Part shown: positions 30,836 through 32,000 of the stretch, piece by piece
Position numbering within the stretch: the first letter of the stretch is position 1
Layout of the letters: every line of letters begins with the position of its first letter
Assembly: GCF_003044035.1 (NCBI RefSeq)
Contig: NZ_NVQC01000008.1
Location: forward strand, 60,001 to 92,000
Length of the DNA stretch: 32,000 nt
Reading direction: 5' to 3'
Origin: Candidatus Methylomirabilis limnetica
GTDB lineage: Bacteria; Methylomirabilota; Methylomirabilia; Methylomirabilales; Methylomirabilaceae
Position numbers and translations under genes: made by a program
Notes under the pieces: model-generated
The model's input: the letters and a program-made list of their open reading frames with translations, nothing else
Database searches by the model: none
Told to the model about the DNA's origin: nothing

Positions 30836-32000
30836 ATGGGAACGGGCAACCAATCGAAGTCCGGATTCGTCAGGAGCGGGATAATCATTTTGGGCGGCGT
30901 GCTCCTTGGAGTGGGCCTCTGGCCGATAAGCGGGGGGGTTATCAGTTTCGCTCAAGGTCAAAAGTCAACACCTTACGCGTTGAAGCTGCCACCTGGTGTC
31001 CTCGAGCCAATCATTCCGGAAGACAACCCGCTTTCAGTAGAAAAGGTGGCATTGGGTAAGACGCTCTATTTTGATAAACGTCTTTCCGTGGATAACACAA
31101 TTAGCTGCGCTGGCTGCCACGACCCCAGGCTTGGATTCGCGGATGGGAAAAAGGTTGCGGAGGGGATCGAACAGAAAAAAGGGGCCAGGAGCAGCCCCAC
31201 GACGTTAAACACCGCCTTTCTTGATACCCAGTTCTGGGATGGCCGGGCTTCGAGCCTGGAAGAACAAGCCAAAGGACCTCTTGTGAACCCCGTTGAGATG
31301 GGGATGCCATCGCATGATGTCCTTGTGACCAAACTTCGGAAGATTCCGGAGTACCGCCGGGGATTCCTGGAGGTCTTTGGGACAGAGGACTTTACTATCG
31401 ATCATGTGGCGAAAGCCATCGCATCCTTCGAGCGGACCCTTAATACCTTTAACTCCCCCTTCGATCGCTTCATTGGCGGCGATAAAGGTGCCATTAGTCC
31501 ATCTGCGCAGAGGGGATGGGAGCTTTTTCAGGGGAAGGCCCGCTGCCTCACCTGCCATGAGTTCAACACCGCTTACCCCTTCTTCACCGACAATAAGTTC
31601 CACAACATCGGGGTGGCCACGAAGGCGGTGAACTCTGAAGTCCTGGCCAGGAGGGCGGCAGTGGAAACGGATGTGGCGAGGCTGACCCGCGAGCCAGGGG
31701 CTTCCGAATTGGGCCGGTATCTCGTCACACAACAGCCTAAGGACATCGGGGCTTTTAAAACCCCCGGGCTCAGGGAGATCGCGCACACAGCCCCATACAT
31801 GCACGACGGGAGTGAACCGACACTGGATACCATGATCGATTTCTACGATAAGGGCGGAATTCCCAATCCGAATCTGGATGGCGGCATGCGACCTCTTAGG
31901 CTGACCTTAGAGGAGAGGAAGGATCTTGTAGAGTTTCTGAAGGCCCTGACAAGCGACGATCTGGCCCGTTTCGTTAAGGATCTCGATGGCATAGTGGGTC
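30836..32000 (+). CDS. Di-heme cytochrome c peroxidase (CCP/MauG family), 3'-partial at the window edge
   Basis: My own translation (this open-ended ORF is not in the track) gives 'MGTGNQSKSGFVRSGIIILGGVLLGV...LYFDKRLSVDNTISCAGCHDPRLGFADG...FWDGRASSLEEQAKGP...GKARCLTCHEFN...FKTPGLREIAHTAPYMHDGS'. It has two CxxCH heme motifs and CCP signatures. The SD GGGGGA lies upstream of the ATG at 30836. Confidence 0.9.
   Translation, partial: MGTGNQSKSGFVRSGIIILGGVLLGVGLWPISGGVISFAQGQKSTPYALKLPPGVLEPIIPEDNPLSVEKVALGKTLYFDKRLSVDNTISCAGCHDPRLGFADGKKVAEGIEQKKGARSSPTTLNTAFLDTQFWDGRASSLEEQAKGPLVNPVEMGMPSHDVLVTKLRKIPEYRRGFLEVFGTEDFTIDHVAKAIASFERTLNTFNSPFDRFIGGDKGAISPSAQRGWELFQGKARCLTCHEFNTAYPFFTDNKFHNIGVATKAVNSEVLARRAAVETDVARLTREPGASELGRYLVTQQPKDIGAFKTPGLREIAHTAPYMHDGSEPTLDTMIDFYDKGGIPNPNLDGGMRPLRLTLEERKDLVEFLKALTSDDLARFVKDLDGIVG

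Noticed and set aside
31205-31804. 199-aa ORF on the - strand near the right edge.
   Set aside because: It is antisense to the unambiguous di-heme cytochrome c peroxidase reading frame (two CxxCH motifs) on the + strand.

Overview
High-GC (about 60% by eye) bacterial chromosomal window. I found no rRNA, tRNA, CRISPR array or transposase/integrase gene. The taxon cannot be fixed from the sequence alone.

Core metabolism and regulation:
- 1.2-7.7 kb (- strand): an NAD-linked formate dehydrogenase operon, made of a fused NuoE/NuoF-like diaphorase and a Cys-type FdhA, followed by a short RNB/S1 exoribonuclease.
- 9.1-11.8 kb: a sigma-54 two-component pair, a PAS histidine kinase and an NtrC-family activator.
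- Further genes: LysR regulator, purC, an OmpL-like porin, a TlpA-like thioredoxin, amt (ammonium transporter), and a di-heme cytochrome c peroxidase that runs off the right edge.
- Sigma-54-type -24/-12 boxes sit upstream of both amt and the porin.

Accessory content:
- vapBC (0.2-0.9 kb) and higBA (16.8-17.4 kb).
- A secreted trypsin-like protease convergent with a lipoprotein SNase+lamin-tail nuclease (14.5-16.7 kb).
- An AT-richer island (25.7-28.8 kb) carrying a DUF4143 AAA ATPase and a tightly coupled small ORF / zeta-toxin-like kinase / small ORF cassette, embedded among decayed restriction-modification-like fragments.

Most interesting candidates:
1. The same-strand cluster at 20.4-25.7 kb: Crp/Fnr, tandem DUF2249, a 12-TM protein with an obvious three-fold internal repeat, DUF59, Mrp/ApbC, and a DUF2249-hemerythrin fusion. 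It looks like an uncharacterised O2/NO or metal-centre maintenance system.
2. The ATPase + zeta-like module at 26.1-28.3 kb.

Other points:
- At least four dispersed structured repeat families are present, and one copy lies in frame inside the diaphorase gene.
- The left end is a mosaic of fdhA and RNB gene fragments around vapBC.
- Many long ORFs in the supplied track are GC-driven shadow ORFs antisense to or overlapping real genes. I did not call them.
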